From assembly GCA_036278915.1 (NCBI GenBank), contig DASUKB010000001.1:301186-365185 (forward strand): DNA of 64,000 nucleotides. The letters run 5' to 3'. The translations under genes and the position numbers were made by a program. A model generated the notes under the pieces. It made no database searches. It was not told the DNA's origin and saw only the letters and a list, made by a program, of their open reading frames with translations. The stretch's first letter is position 1. Each line of letters opens with the position of its first letter. This DNA comes from Patescibacteria group bacterium. Lineage in GTDB: Bacteria > Patescibacteriota > Doudnabacteria > UBA920 > O2-02-FULL-48-8. Below, one piece after another: positions 47,039 to 57,896 of this stretch.

Positions 47039-48113
47039 ATCGCTCCAATATAATTTTGGCTATGCGCGTTGCCGAATCGTGCGGCATCAGTTGCGCGATG
47101 TTTCGCGACAAAAGTTCGCAGCGTTTGACGTTGAATTTAAGGCTTACTATAACACGAGCCAGCGTTTCGGGCGTAAATTCATGGTGCGTAAGCACTACGG
47201 CCGAATTTGTCCGGCTCAAAATTTCGGCATTGTCCTCTTGATGCGAATCAGGCATAGGCACGATAATTGAGACTTTGCCCAAAGCTGAAAGCTCCGCAAT
47301 AGTAGACAACCCTGCGCGCGCCACCACAATGTCTGCGATTTTGAACGCGTCTGGCATCTCGGGGCCCAAAAATTCGTATTGGTGATAATTCGGATCATTA
47401 AAGTCAATTTTCTTGCCTGCGCCTGTGATATGGATAATCTGATGCGCGTTCAAAAGTTCGGGAAGTGCGGACAATACGACTTCATTAATCTGCGCAGCGC
47501 CTGTCGCTCCGCCAAAGATAAGCAGGATTGGAAGGTCAGATGTCAGATGAAAAAAATCTCGGCTATGCTTGATGTCCGAATTTAAAAAATCCTCCCGCAC
47601 AGGGTTGCCTGTCCATTCGGTGCGGATTTTCGGTTCTGCTTCAAATCCGGTGCCTGTGTGAAATTCTTTCGCTGTCCGGGCAAACGCCGTAGTAATGTAG
47701 TCAGCAAACGGCGCCACGAGCTTGTTGGCCAGTCCGATACGCGCATCCTGCTGGTGCATCAGCACCGGAATTTTTAAATTCCTCGCAGCATAGCATACCG
47801 GCACGCCCGCAAAACTCCCAGCTGTAAACACGACATTTGGTTGGAACTGTTTGAGAATCTTTTTGGCGGCAAAGTAGCCGTGCAAAATCCGGAACATATC
47901 TGCAACATTGGCCAACGAAAAATACCGCCGCCATTTGCCTGCAGGAGTGGCAACAAATTTAATTCCAGTACCCGCAAGCAGCTGTTCGTCCTGTTTGCCG
48001 GCTCCAATAAACAGCAACTCTGCATCGCGTTGGATTTTTTTGAGTTGTTCGGCTACGGCCAAAAGCGGAATTGTCGGACCGCCCGTGCCGCCGCCGGCTA
48101 ATATAACTTTCAT
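47022..48113 (-). CDS. murG: UDP-N-acetylglucosamine--N-acetylmuramyl-(pentapeptide) pyrophosphoryl-undecaprenol GlcNAc transferase
   Basis: MKVILAGGGTGG N-terminus, GT28 architecture. Confidence 0.85.
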   Translation of the reverse strand: MKVILAGGGTGGPTIPLLAVAEQLKKIQRDAELLFIGAGKQDEQLLAGTGIKFVATPAGKWRRYFSLANVADMFRILHGYFAAKKILKQFQPNVVFTAGSFAGVPVCYAARNLKIPVLMHQQDARIGLANKLVAPFADYITTAFARTAKEFHTGTGFEAEPKIRTEWTGNPVREDFLNSDIKHSRDFFHLTSDLPILLIFGGATGAAQINEVVLSALPELLNAHQIIHITGAGKKIDFNDPNYHQYEFLGPEMPDAFKIADIVVARAGLSTIAELSALGKVSIIVPMPDSHQEDNAEILSRTNSAVVLTHHEFTPETLARVIVSLKFNVKRCELLSRNIAQLMPHDSATRIAKIILERYGKQS

Positions 48114-48116
48114 AAA

Positions 48117-49232
48117 TTATTTGCCGTCTATGGCTGAATTATAAACTTCAGTTGATCCTTCTGCTGCTTTGCTCCAGGTAAACTGCGCAGCCCGCTTGAG
48201 CACGAGATTTGCCAGTTCCTCGCCCCGGGATTCATTATGCAAAACTCCGAGTATTACGTCCACCATATTTTCGACATTGGTCGGGTCAAAATATTCCGCA
48301 GCGTGGCCCAAAATTTCGCGAAGAGTTGGAATGTCAGATGCAGCAATTGGCACGCCTGTCGCCGCGGCCTCTATTGCGGTTAACCCAAACCCTTCGGAAA
48401 GGCTCGGCAGCACAAATAACGAACAGCCGTTATACAAAAAAATCAAATCCTCGTCCGAAACACGGCCCAAAATTTTGATCTCTCCTGCATGCTTGGATGC
48501 TAAAATCTGCTGTTTGATTTCCGGGTAATATGGGTCAAAATCCCCGGCCAGCACCAGTTCGGCATCCACTCCTTCATCGCGCAGCATATCGAACGCGCGG
48601 GCAAGGTTAGGCAAATTTTTATACCTTCGGAACACGCCGACATATAAAATATACGGTTTGGCTATTTTAAATCTATTGTTCACTTCAGCTACGGCCAGAT
48701 CTTTGTCCAAAAGATGGTATTTGGGATTGACTCCTTCATACACTACAGTTATCTTATCTGGCTCCACGCCGAAATATTCCAAAATTTCTTTTTTTGTGGA
48801 TTCGGATACGGCTATTATACGACGCGATTTTTTGATTGCTGCGGCCAAAACCATATTGTATGCCATCCGGTGCAGGATGTGGGATTTTTTGCGGCCCGGA
48901 AACCGGGTGTGCGTCAGGTCGTGGATAGTCACCACAAACGGCCGGTTGTAAAAGATTGGCACGTTGAAATGCGGAAAGTGGACCAAATCCAAATTTTCTT
49001 TTCGTAAAATCGAGGGGAATTTAAACTGTTCGGCAAACGAATAATGTGCAATGTCGCAGATGACAATTTTCTGGTTGTATTTTTTGTAATCTTCCGTTTG
49101 CTTTGCGTTGCGGAAAAAAAGGACATATTGGTTGCCTCGATCCTTCGACAAAATCGCATGAGACAACTCTTCGATGTATCTACTAATCCCCGATCCTCCG
49201 GCCGTCATTCTTAAATCCAATCCTATTTTCAT
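48117..49232 (-). CDS. Glycosyltransferase family 4
   Basis: GT-B fold, C-terminal E..GL...EA...G.P motif. Confidence 0.75.
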   Translation of the reverse strand: MKIGLDLRMTAGGSGISRYIEELSHAILSKDRGNQYVLFFRNAKQTEDYKKYNQKIVICDIAHYSFAEQFKFPSILRKENLDLVHFPHFNVPIFYNRPFVVTIHDLTHTRFPGRKKSHILHRMAYNMVLAAAIKKSRRIIAVSESTKKEILEYFGVEPDKITVVYEGVNPKYHLLDKDLAVAEVNNRFKIAKPYILYVGVFRRYKNLPNLARAFDMLRDEGVDAELVLAGDFDPYYPEIKQQILASKHAGEIKILGRVSDEDLIFLYNGCSLFVLPSLSEGFGLTAIEAAATGVPIAASDIPTLREILGHAAEYFDPTNVENMVDVILGVLHNESRGEELANLVLKRAAQFTWSKAAEGSTEVYNSAIDGK

Positions 49233-49288
49233 AAGTTATCTAGTCATTCTGAGCAAGGCGAAGAATCTTATAAGATCCTTCACTGCGT
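49233..49288. repeat. ~56-bp imperfect palindrome between the two GT4 genes
   Basis: AGTCATTCTGAGCAAGGCGAAGaatcttataagatCCTTCACTGCGTTCAGGATGACT. Confidence 0.5.
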
Positions 49289-50377
49289 TCAGGATGACTT
49301 ATGGTTATATTTTTCCTCTACAAATTCCTTAATTTTGGCCTGAAAATGCCGCTTGCTGAATTTTTCCGCGTTGGCGCGCATGGCTTGGATGTCGTAATGC
49401 CCAGGATTAAATTTCCGTAAAGCATCCACCAGGCTTTGGCAATTTTGTTCTTCAAAAAATTCGCCCGTGCCGCCAGCGATAACGCTTTCCTTTGCCCCGC
49501 CCGCGCGGAAAGCCAAAACCGGCGTGCCGCAGGCTTGCGCCTCAATCAGAGCTATGCCTGCATCCTCTTCGCCCGCAAACACGAATGCTTTGGACTGCGA
49601 GTAGTGCGCTCTTAACTCTTCATCTGGAACCCGTCCCAAGAATTCCACATTGGGTTTAGCCAATTTTTTGAGCGCGCTCATAGCAGTGCCGATGCCGGCT
49701 ATTTTAAGCGGCAGGCCCAGCTCATTGAAAGCTTCCACGATCACATCAATTTTTTTGTATGGTTCAAGACGGGAAACGGTAAAAAAATAATCCTGTTTGG
49801 TGCCTACGGTATGGAAAAATTCCGTATCCACTGGCGGCGGTATGACCACTGACTCGCGGTTGTAAAATTTTTTGATGCGGTCCTGCACGTTTAAAGAATT
49901 TGCTATCAAAAAATCCGGACGCTGTGCCGCGTCAAAATCCCATTTCTTAAGCCCAGGCAGGGCTCGTTTGCCAAACCATTTGAAAATATCCGGATATTTC
50001 TGCTGATTTATATACTCCGACTCGGTCCACAAAAATCTGGTCGGCGTGTGCATATAGCAAATATGGGGTTTGTCGGTCTTGACCCCTTTGGCAAATGACG
50101 AACTGTCCGAGATGACCAGTTCAAAATCGTCAAACTTGAAACTTTCTATAGCACCTGGCATCATGAGCAAAAACAATCGCGGATGAGATTTGGTTCCAGG
50201 AATCCGATTAAGAAAGCTTGTCGTCATTTTATATTTTTCGAACTCGCCCAAGGTTTTGTGTTTGTCATACAAAATCACGTGGATTTCGGCCTCCGGCCAA
50301 ATCTCCAGAAAATTTTGGAGGACTTTCTCCGCACCTCCAAGCTGATTTAGGAATTCGTGTACTAAAGCTATTTTCAT
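49289..50377 (-). CDS. Glycosyltransferase family 4
   Basis: GT-B fold, EE.GIALIEAQA.G.PV motif. Confidence 0.75.
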   Translation of the reverse strand: MKIALVHEFLNQLGGAEKVLQNFLEIWPEAEIHVILYDKHKTLGEFEKYKMTTSFLNRIPGTKSHPRLFLLMMPGAIESFKFDDFELVISDSSSFAKGVKTDKPHICYMHTPTRFLWTESEYINQQKYPDIFKWFGKRALPGLKKWDFDAAQRPDFLIANSLNVQDRIKKFYNRESVVIPPPVDTEFFHTVGTKQDYFFTVSRLEPYKKIDVIVEAFNELGLPLKIAGIGTAMSALKKLAKPNVEFLGRVPDEELRAHYSQSKAFVFAGEEDAGIALIEAQACGTPVLAFRAGGAKESVIAGGTGEFFEEQNCQSLVDALRKFNPGHYDIQAMRANAEKFSKRHFQAKIKEFVEEKYNHKSS

Positions 50378-50500
50378 ACTTTATTATAGTAATTTTAGAT
50401 ATGCTGTATCCACTTTTTTTGAATACAGATTTTTCGAAATCTCCTGCTGAATCCGAGAATCATCCAAATGTTGATGATTGTAAATTAAATGTCCGAGCAT

Positions 50501-51931
50501 CTAGTAATCCACTTTTGGCCGGTGGCCGAGTAAAATTAGAAAAGTTTTGTAAATAATCCACAAATCCAACCACAAAGACCAATTTTCAATATAGAACTCA
50601 TCCAAACGAATTTCTTCTTCCCAGGAAATTTCCGGATTATCCGTGGCTTGAATAATTTGGGTAAGGCCTGTTGCCCCGGGTTTGAGCACAAACAGCCGTT
50701 TATAATCATTGCGGAAATGATCCACTTCCTTCACCATATGCACGCGCGGCCCCACCAGGCTCATTTGCCCGCGCAGTATGTGCCACAGCTGCGGCAGTTC
50801 ATCAAGTTTGGTTCGGCGCATAAAGCGGCCAAACGGTGTGACCCGTGGATCGTTTTTAATTTTCACATACGGTCCTTTGCGTGAATTTTGGGACTCGATC
50901 TGCTCGCGTAATTTGTCCCCGGTGGGAGTGCCCTCACTCATTTCATAATACATAGTCCGAAACTTATAGCATTCAAATTCGCCCAATCCCACGGCGCGCG
51001 GCTGGTGGAAAAACACCGGGCCTTTGGAAGTAAGTTTGATAATAATACTGGTCACCAGAAATACTGGGCTTAATATAATAAGTCCAAAAAACGACACAAC
51101 TACGTCGATAAGCCGTTTGACCACCTGCCCCCAGCCTTCAAGGGGTGTCGCTTTAAGCGAAATCACAGGAATTCCGGAAATGGCCTCGACTGCGACATTG
51201 GTGGTCGCTGTTTCAAAAATATTCGGCACGAAATTGTAAAGGATGCCGTAGTCGCGGCAGAAGCGCAAAATAGACGTGCTCATCTCCTGCGGCAATTGAG
51301 GGTCGGCCTGCAGGAGTTCATCTATGCCCGACTCAACACGCAGTGATTCCAAATTCGCTACCAAAGACTGCCTTGGAGTGTCGGAAATAACAGTACCCAC
51401 GACCTGGTAGCCAAGCTCGCGACGGTTTTGAATTTCTTTTATAAGCTCGGTGTCGGCATGGTCGCGACTGGCTATGATCACCAATTTATGCAAGCCAATG
51501 CCTTGCTTAAGCATCCGGATCTGCATTAAACGCAGGATGATGCGTCCAAGGCTTATAAGTACGATTATCAAACCCCAACTGACCAAAATGATAAACCGGG
51601 AAGGAAACACGGTTTCGTTGAAGAAAAACAATATGACTACAATGAGCAGACCCGATGAAATCGAGAAAAATATACGAGTCAGTTCCGCAGTTATGCGGCG
51701 CGTACCCTTGAGGTTATAAAGGCCGGCCAAGGCCATAAGTGCCAGCAGAATCGGCGAAACCAAAAGCAACAACTCTAAATATGAATGCAGGGTCAGCTCG
51801 TAAAGAATCGGCCGGAGAGAAACAATACGGAAACGCAAAGAAAAAGCCGCAAATCCTGCGGCCATAATCATGGCCCAATCCACAAAAATTGAGATTAGGT
51901 TGAACAGCAGTTCGGACTTTTTCATAAGCAA
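50501..51931 (-). CDS. Undecaprenyl-phosphate sugar phosphotransferase (WbaP/bacterial sugar transferase family)
   Basis: Multi-TM N-terminus; C-terminal bacterial sugar-transferase domain (KRL.D....GLI.LSP......KGPV.F.Q.R.G..G..F...KFRTM, DELPQL.N.L.G.MSLVGPRP). Confidence 0.8.
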   Translation of the reverse strand: MLMKKSELLFNLISIFVDWAMIMAAGFAAFSLRFRIVSLRPILYELTLHSYLELLLLVSPILLALMALAGLYNLKGTRRITAELTRIFFSISSGLLIVVILFFFNETVFPSRFIILVSWGLIIVLISLGRIILRLMQIRMLKQGIGLHKLVIIASRDHADTELIKEIQNRRELGYQVVGTVISDTPRQSLVANLESLRVESGIDELLQADPQLPQEMSTSILRFCRDYGILYNFVPNIFETATTNVAVEAISGIPVISLKATPLEGWGQVVKRLIDVVVSFFGLIILSPVFLVTSIIIKLTSKGPVFFHQPRAVGLGEFECYKFRTMYYEMSEGTPTGDKLREQIESQNSRKGPYVKIKNDPRVTPFGRFMRRTKLDELPQLWHILRGQMSLVGPRVHMVKEVDHFRNDYKRLFVLKPGATGLTQIIQATDNPEISWEEEIRLDEFYIENWSLWLDLWIIYKTFLILLGHRPKVDY

Positions 51932-52019
51932 TTCGTGCTTTTATTCTACCATTTTTGCTTAAATTTTTCCAGTTGGATGGGAATAAAGTTTTTTGCTATA
52001 TTAAGCTTAAGGAGGAACT

Positions 52020-52454
52020 TTGACAAACTTTACCAAGGCGCTCGATGGGCTCTGCGATCTGATTATCAAACACGCATCACCCACCAGAGGAGAACCGCCG
52101 CCCAAAACCCACGAACGACGCGGTGCTGAACGGCCGTCGCACTTGCCAGAATTCCTGGACGATGTGGCCGTAGCTAAGATTCGGATCGTCACAAACCATG
52201 CATCCGAGGCAAAATGCCGAGAGTGGCTCTGCGCGATACTATCGGAGATTCTATTGGAGGCACAATGCAGATGTCCAGCCGTGCCCGCGTACTTTGAGGA
52301 CGCCCTGAATTATTGCCATGAGTTGAAATTGCCCGAGCTTGCCCCTTGGTTCCGGCAAATCAATGGACATGGGGATGATTTCGGACAGATCCTCTCGTCT
52401 CACATCCGCTTCGCAGGCGCTTATGCCTTCGAGGCCACCCATCCCCGTGCGTAA
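52020..52454 (+). CDS. Hypothetical protein, GC-rich, TTG start with strong SD
   Basis: AAGGAGG-N4-TTG; GC well above window average; no recognisable motif. Confidence 0.45.
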   Translation: MTNFTKALDGLCDLIIKHASPTRGEPPPKTHERRGAERPSHLPEFLDDVAVAKIRIVTNHASEAKCREWLCAILSEILLEAQCRCPAVPAYFEDALNYCHELKLPELAPWFRQINGHGDDFGQILSSHIRFAGAYAFEATHPRA

Positions 52455-52486
52455 ACTTTACGCTCGGGGTATTTTTTGTAACAAAA

Positions 52487-52512
52487 AACCCAAGCCTTCT
52501 GGGCTTGGGTTA
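52487..52512. terminator. Bidirectional intrinsic terminator (mainly for the RRM gene on minus)
   Basis: aaaaaaCCCAAGCCttctGGGCTTGGGtt. Confidence 0.65.
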
Positions 52513-52524
52513 AATGCTTAGAGA

Positions 52525-52815
52525 TTAATAAGAATCTCTGCGAGGACCGTCGCGTCGTGGACCTTCGGTCTTCGGTCGGGCTTCATTTACCGCCAGTGAG
52601 CGGCCGCCGAAGTCCTGGCCGTTGAACATTTCAATGGCTTTCTGGGCTTCTTCGGGTGAGCTCATCTCAACAAATCCGAAACCTTTTGATCGGCCGGAGA
52701 ACTTGTCGGTGATGATTTGCGCGGAAACAACGTTTCCGGCTGCAGCAAAGTGCTGTTGCAATTCATCCTGAGTGGTCTTGAAAGGAAGACCGCCTACGAA
52801 TAACTTAGTATTCAT
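52525..52815 (-). CDS. RRM-domain RNA-binding protein with Arg/Gly-rich C-terminal tail
   Basis: RNP-2 LFVGGL, RNP-1 KGFGFVEM. Confidence 0.8.
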   Translation of the reverse strand: MNTKLFVGGLPFKTTQDELQQHFAAAGNVVSAQIITDKFSGRSKGFGFVEMSSPEEAQKAIEMFNGQDFGGRSLAVNEARPKTEGPRRDGPRRDSY

Positions 52816-52986
52816 TTATCAACTACAGATCCCGTATCTTGTACGGGACATGCCTTAAACAAAGGAAAATATGCTAAACGCAAACTTGAACCCTTGTTTT
52901 AATACGTTTTCCTTCGACTAAGGAAACATTGGGGACAGTATAGAGCAAAAGGCCTGCTTTGTCAATGGCTTGGGCGAGGAGCTTTG

Positions 52987-53742
52987 TTATACCTCCAGCT
53001 TTAAAAATGGGTCCAGGCCGCTTTTTTTGAGCACTTCAAATGCCACATTGTAGACTGGCACGCCCTTAAGAGTCTGGCCTGAATGCGCCGCGTGGTGCGC
53101 GTGCCCGTGGACTACAAATTTGATATTTTCAAACCGGTCTATGACTTCGGCTAAACGCGACGAACCAAGATACGCGTAAATTTCCTCGGATTCTCCGGCG
53201 ATAGTGGCGCGGATTGGCGCATAGTGCAAGACCACGACTTTGGCCGACACTTCCTGGGATTCCAGCTGTTTGAGCGCGTTCTCAAGCTTGAGAGCTTCGT
53301 TTACTGCTTCGGCTACGAAAATTTTGGTCGCCTCCTCGCCGAAGGACCCGAGCATATGCTTTTCAAACCCGCCGCCAAAACCTTTGACCCCGGCAAATCC
53401 AATGCCGTGGAATTGGAATATTTCATCATCCAAAAATTTAAATTTGGCCTGGGACAAAATTTTCTTGACCTCATCCACTTCCTCGGCCTGCACGTCGTGG
53501 TTTCCTAAAACGCCTATCACGGGAATCTTGCACTGCGAAAGCGAAAAAGCCAAATTCTCCGCCTCTTTGGGCAGGCCAGTGTTGGTGAGGTCTCCGCAGA
53601 GAAGCAAAATATCTGCAACGTCCGAGACTTTGGTAAACAGATCATGGTAGGGTTGGAAATGGTGCTCGCGTACGTGCAAATCCCCTACCGCAGCAATTCT
53701 AACTTTTTCAGCTTTGGGGGATTCTGGACTCATGCACATCAC
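52987..53742 (-). CDS. Metallophosphoesterase (calcineurin-like phosphoesterase family)
   Basis: GDLH, GDL.N, GNHD, HGH.H motifs. Confidence 0.7.
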   Translation of the reverse strand: MMCMSPESPKAEKVRIAAVGDLHVREHHFQPYHDLFTKVSDVADILLLCGDLTNTGLPKEAENLAFSLSQCKIPVIGVLGNHDVQAEEVDEVKKILSQAKFKFLDDEIFQFHGIGFAGVKGFGGGFEKHMLGSFGEEATKIFVAEAVNEALKLENALKQLESQEVSAKVVVLHYAPIRATIAGESEEIYAYLGSSRLAEVIDRFENIKFVVHGHAHHAAHSGQTLKGVPVYNVAFEVLKKSGLDPFLKLEV

Positions 53743-54454
53743 CTCCTATAACGTCTCCAAATCCAAACTTGGAAACATCTATATAATAATCTTTCAGCGA
53801 AAAAATCCGGCCGCGGCAAATCTTATTTTTAGGCGTGGGCGCCGCAGCCTGATGCATCAAGCGCGACAAAAGTTCATTTAAAATTTCTTTAGGCACGCTC
53901 TCACGCTCGGATGGATAAATAAAACGAAAATTCAAAAGATGGATCAGCAGAACTTCCCAATACTGCTCCATATAATCCAAAAGCCTTTTCCAGTCAATGT
54001 CCTTGTGCTTGAGTAAAATTAAATGCGCAATGTCGCTGCCTTCATACTTGTCGCGATCTTGCACGAAAGCTTTGGCGAGAATTAATTCGGCCGGCGGCAG
54101 AAGTTTAATCTCTATGCCAAACAAAGTGCCAATTTGGGATTCGGTAAACCAATTATCGTTGACCGGGCTTTGCGCATTCTGCAAATTGAAAATCACGTCA
54201 AAATAGGTGCCGTTGTGGCGGACCTTGGCCAGCCAGCGCTCGTCTTCTACGCTCGTCTTATAACCGGCCTCGGTGAACATATTTAATACGCGCGGATAGT
54301 CACCGGGCTTCACAAAAATATCCATGTCCTTGGTCTCGCGCTCAATATCGGTGTAGACCTTTACGGCCATGGTTCCGCCAAGCATAAACGGTATACCGCT
54401 TTTGTTCAGAAGCTTGAGGGCTTGGATATAAAACTCCTCTGCCTTCCGGGTCAT
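53708..54454 (-). CDS. Nucleotidyltransferase-family protein
   Basis: GG.A.......R.T.D.D.FV minimal nucleotidyltransferase-like pattern. Confidence 0.5.
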   Translation of the reverse strand: MTRKAEEFYIQALKLLNKSGIPFMLGGTMAVKVYTDIERETKDMDIFVKPGDYPRVLNMFTEAGYKTSVEDERWLAKVRHNGTYFDVIFNLQNAQSPVNDNWFTESQIGTLFGIEIKLLPPAELILAKAFVQDRDKYEGSDIAHLILLKHKDIDWKRLLDYMEQYWEVLLIHLLNFRFIYPSERESVPKEILNELLSRLMHQAAAPTPKNKICRGRIFSLKDYYIDVSKFGFGDVIGGDVHESRIPQS

Positions 54455-54576
54455 AAAATTTATTTAATGCTCGTGTACATAAATTACCCCCTATTTTTAA
54501 TCAGGGAAATTGTAACAATCGCCAAAGGAAGGCTTGACAAAAGACCATTTTTAATATAAAGTGTATACGCTTTCAA

Positions 54577-54990
54577 AAGCAGGTGCGGCAATCGCTCCGA
54601 CAAGCGTAAAGCTCATCGGAGAGGAAAGTCCGAACACGTTGGTTGGATGGAGTCTCATGAGTCCATGCAATCGCAGGTAGCGGGTAATTCCCGTCGTGAG
54701 TAATCAAGTGGTGCGAACAGAGACGATTTTTGCAGAAATGCAAAAGTCGCCCAGCCTCACTTTCAAAAGTGGGGCTGGGCGCAGCTCAATGGTAACATTG
54801 AGTGTGAAACGGCTAAATCCATACTTGCAAGTGCAATGCCAAATAGGTCCAGCCCTTGCGTGCAAGGGCATGGGCGGGTTGGCAGCTTGAGGTTATTAGC
54901 AATAATAATCCCAGATAGATGATTGCCTCTTCAGCCCCAGTTCGCAAGAACTGGGCTGAAACAGACAGAATTCGGCTTATAACCAGCTTT
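54577..54990 (+). ncRNA. rnpB: RNase P RNA (bacterial type A-like)
   Basis: GAGGAAAGTCCGAAC (P4 5' strand-like), ACAGAATTCGGCTTATAACCAGCTT (P4 3' strand / P1), P1 pairing AAGCAGGT/ACCAGCTT; terminator follows. Confidence 0.7.
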
Positions 54991-54999
54991 TGGAAGCAA

Positions 55000-55031
55000 A
55001 TAAAAACCACATCGAAAGATGTGGTTTTTAT
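55000..55031. terminator. Bidirectional intrinsic terminator (rnpB + / yeaQ-like -)
   Basis: ataaAAACCACATCgaaaGATGTGGTTTttatt. Confidence 0.65.
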
Positions 55032-55043
55032 TGACCCTAACAA

Positions 55044-55307
55044 CTATGTAAGCCTGCGTCGATGCTGGAACGGTGAGATAATAAGCAATAGCACAATGGA
55101 CCCTATGATGGCCACGATAAAGCTTCGTACGTTGAATCCTGTTACGCCCGCATAGCCAAACAGCGAGGCTACCCAGCCGCCAAGCCATGCACCGACAATG
55201 CCAATCACGATGTTGGCAAACCATCCGAAGCTGGCATTCTCGCCCATGATGATCGTGGCGAGCCATCCGGCTATAGCCCCGAATACAATCCAAACTATTA
55301 TGTTCAT
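55044..55307 (-). CDS. GlsB/YeaQ/YmgE family small membrane stress protein
   Basis: Three TM helices with G..G..A family pattern; 87 aa. Confidence 0.75.
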   Translation of the reverse strand: MNIIVWIVFGAIAGWLATIIMGENASFGWFANIVIGIVGAWLGGWVASLFGYAGVTGFNVRSFIVAIIGSIVLLLIISPFQHRRRLT

Positions 55308-55429
55308 ACGTCCCCTTTCTATTTAATTCAAAATAAGAATAGGTTTTTCGTAAATTGCTTTCAATTGGGAATTCATACAAAAAGAAAAAGCCTCCGAGAG
55401 ATCGAAGACTTTCTACTAACTTTTCACTA

Positions 55430-55990
55430 ACACCTCCTTGGTGTTGTAGGTGGGCCGGCGGCGATCGCCGCCGGCCCTCGAGAGAACGAGAGAACGAGAG
55501 AACGTCGGGCTGCCGGCGCGGTATCTAATCGCACAGGCTTTACCCCAAGTCTCCAATCGTGAGAACCATTTACCGGAGGAGACATCCGGATGGCAGCCGC
55601 TGCAGACGGCAGCCTTCAAGCCCGCGCAACGCGGGCTACAGCGGGCCTGGCGCGCTCGGCGCCAGTCACCCGAATGGCAGAGCAAACAGGTCGTGGTCGA
55701 TACCGGCCCATTCCTCTGCCTCGCAGCTGGGTTTACTTTTTTCGAAGACCCAGCTACATTCGGCCGATTGCTCGACCGAATACGATGCTGCTCAACCGGA
55801 GTCACTTGCTATCGACTAATGCCGACAGATGGCTCTCACGGGAGCAGCGAAATTGCTGGCGCCAATACACTGCCTGCTGTTGGTAAAACCGAGGGGTAAA
55901 GACTCGGTTGGCAGTGTGCACATTGGCGTCAACTCTTGTGTAAACTCGTTGAAAGAACTAACCTTTACTGTACACACAAATATATACGAA
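55430..55990. other. GC-rich, ORF-poor, hairpin-dense region (candidate large structured RNA or foreign remnant)
   Basis: Perfect 26-bp palindrome GGGCCGGCGGCGATCGCCGCCGGCCC, (GAGAAC)x3 tandem, at least six more perfect 5-8-bp hairpins; all six-frame ORFs are Arg/Ala-rich junk. Confidence 0.3.
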
Positions 55991-56000
55991 AAGCCAAGAC

Positions 56001-56029
56001 TTGTCAAGACTCTTCAAATCTGCTATAAT
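56001..56029 (+). promoter_or_regulatory. Sigma70-like promoter TTGTCA-N17-TATAAT for typA
   Basis: ttgtcaagactcttcaaatctgctataat, 38 nt upstream of the typA ATG. Confidence 0.5.
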
Positions 56030-56066
56030 TTGCAGGTATTTCAAACCGCCTTCGCGGCTTTTATTT

Positions 56067-57896
56067 ATGACAAGACAGGATATCCGAAACATCGCAATCA
56101 TAGCGCACGTTGACCATGGTAAAACCACGCTCGTGGATGCCATGCTCAAACAAACCCACGTTCAAAGAAACGTGGAAGATTTGGGCGTGCTCATTATGGA
56201 CTCTATGGATTTGGAACGCGAACGCGGCATCACCATCAAAGCCAAGAACGCCTCGGTCGTGTTCAACGGCATCAAAATAAATATTGTAGACACTCCGGGC
56301 CACGCAGACTTTGGCGGCGAAGTGGAGCGCACTCTGCGCATGGTGGACGGCGTACTGCTTTTGGTGGATGCCAAAGAAGGCCCAATGCCGCAGACCAAGT
56401 TCGTGCTCAAGAAAGCTTTGGAACTCGGACACAAAGCCATTGTTGTCATAAATAAGATTGACAAACCGGACGCACAAATTGACGACGTACTCAACCGGAC
56501 TTTTGATTTATTTGTATCACTGAACGCATCCGACGAACAGTTGGATTTTCCGGTCATTTACGCTTCCGCTGTTTCGGGTCAGGCCACACTTGATCCCCAG
56601 AAGCCCGGAACTGACCTTACTCCCCTGTTCCAAACTATAGTGGACGAAATTCCCGGTCCGACAGTTACCGAGAACGAACCTCTGCAAATTTTGGTGCTGG
56701 CGCTGGCCTATGATTCCTATAAAGGCAAACTAGGCGTTGGAAAAATCTCCGCGGGCAGCATCAAAAAAAATCAGCCAATAATGCAGATTGCGCCCGATGG
56801 CACTAGACTTTCGGGACGGGCAACCGATATTTCCGTGTTTGCCGGACTGCAGAAACAATCTGTAGAACAAGCTCTGGCAGGAGAGATTGTCTCCGTGGCA
56901 GGACTTGAGGAAATCACTATCGGTTCAACCATAACCGATCCTGCCAATCCCAAACAAATCGATCCCGTGACTGTGGACGAACCAACTGTGCAAATGAGCT
57001 TTGCCGTAAATAACTCTCCTTTCGCAGGTCGCGAGGGCAAATTCGTGACATCCCGCAACTTACGCGACAGATTATATAAAGAATTAGAAACCAACGTTGC
57101 TCTCAAAGTTACCGACACATCTTCTCCAGACACTTTTTTGGTGGCAGGCCGCGGCGAATTGCACTTGGCTGTGCTTATAGAGACTATGCGCCGCGAAGGA
57201 TATGAGCTCCAAGTCTCACAGCCGGAGGTTATATTCCACGACGTAGATGGCATAAAAAGCGAACCCTTTGAACGCGTGTCCATAATTGTCCCCAGCACCT
57301 ACCAGGGCGCTGTTATAGAAGAGGTCGGTCGCAGGAAAGCCGATCTTGTGACTATGAACCACACGGACAACGGCGAAGTGCATCTGGATTATATAATCTC
57401 CACTCGCAACCTCATAGGACTCAAAAGTAAACTGCTTACGCAAACCAAAGGAACTGTAATCCTAAATCATATTTTTGACTCCTACGCTCCAGCAGAAGCT
57501 TCAAGCCTGGGCAGTCAGCCCAAGCACGGAGTGCTGATTGCTTCTGAAGCAGGCGTTTCCAATGCTTACGGACTCAACAACGCCCAGGAACGCGGCGAAC
57601 TGTTCATCGGTCCGGCCCTGGAAGTTTACCAAGGCATGATAATCGGCGAAAATGCCAAATCCGAAGATATAGAAATCAACGTCAACAAAACCAAAAAGCT
57701 TACCAACATGCGCGCCTCCGGTTCCGACGAAGCGCTGACTCTGACCCCGCCAAAAATTTTGAGCCTGGAGGAATCTTTGGAGTTTTTAGCTCCTGATGAG
57801 CTGTTGGAAGTTACGCCGCTTTCCCTGCGCCTGCGCAAAAAAATCCTGGACGCCACCAAACGCAAGCGTGAAAAAATCAGCACGAAACAAAGCTAA
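56067..57896 (+). CDS. typA: Translational GTPase TypA/BipA. Start at MTRQDIRN; the 22-aa ORF extension is judged spurious
   Basis: [20 protein letters not shown]1 motif, [12 protein letters not shown]; 609 aa. Confidence 0.9.
   Translation: MTRQDIRNIAIIAHVDHGKTTLVDAMLKQTHVQRNVEDLGVLIMDSMDLERERGITIKAKNASVVFNGIKINIVDTPGHADFGGEVERTLRMVDGVLLLVDAKEGPMPQTKFVLKKALELGHKAIVVINKIDKPDAQIDDVLNRTFDLFVSLNASDEQLDFPVIYASAVSGQATLDPQKPGTDLTPLFQTIVDEIPGPTVTENEPLQILVLALAYDSYKGKLGVGKISAGSIKKNQPIMQIAPDGTRLSGRATDISVFAGLQKQSVEQALAGEIVSVAGLEEITIGSTITDPANPKQIDPVTVDEPTVQMSFAVNNSPFAGREGKFVTSRNLRDRLYKELETNVALKVTDTSSPDTFLVAGRGELHLAVLIETMRREGYELQVSQPEVIFHDVDGIKSEPFERVSIIVPSTYQGAVIEEVGRRKADLVTMNHTDNGEVHLDYIISTRNLIGLKSKLLTQTKGTVILNHIFDSYAPAEASSLGSQPKHGVLIASEAGVSNAYGLNNAQERGELFIGPALEVYQGMIIGENAKSEDIEINVNKTKKLTNMRASGSDEALTLTPPKILSLEESLEFLAPDELLEVTPLSLRLRKKILDATKRKREKISTKQS

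Noticed and set aside
55416-55899. ORFs 55416..55805 (-), 55450..55899 (+) and 55590..55886 (+) as protein genes
   Set aside because: Mutually overlapping and Arg/Ala/Pro-rich, as typical of GC-rich non-coding DNA. They span the perfect palindrome and hexamer repeat. No SD or motifs.
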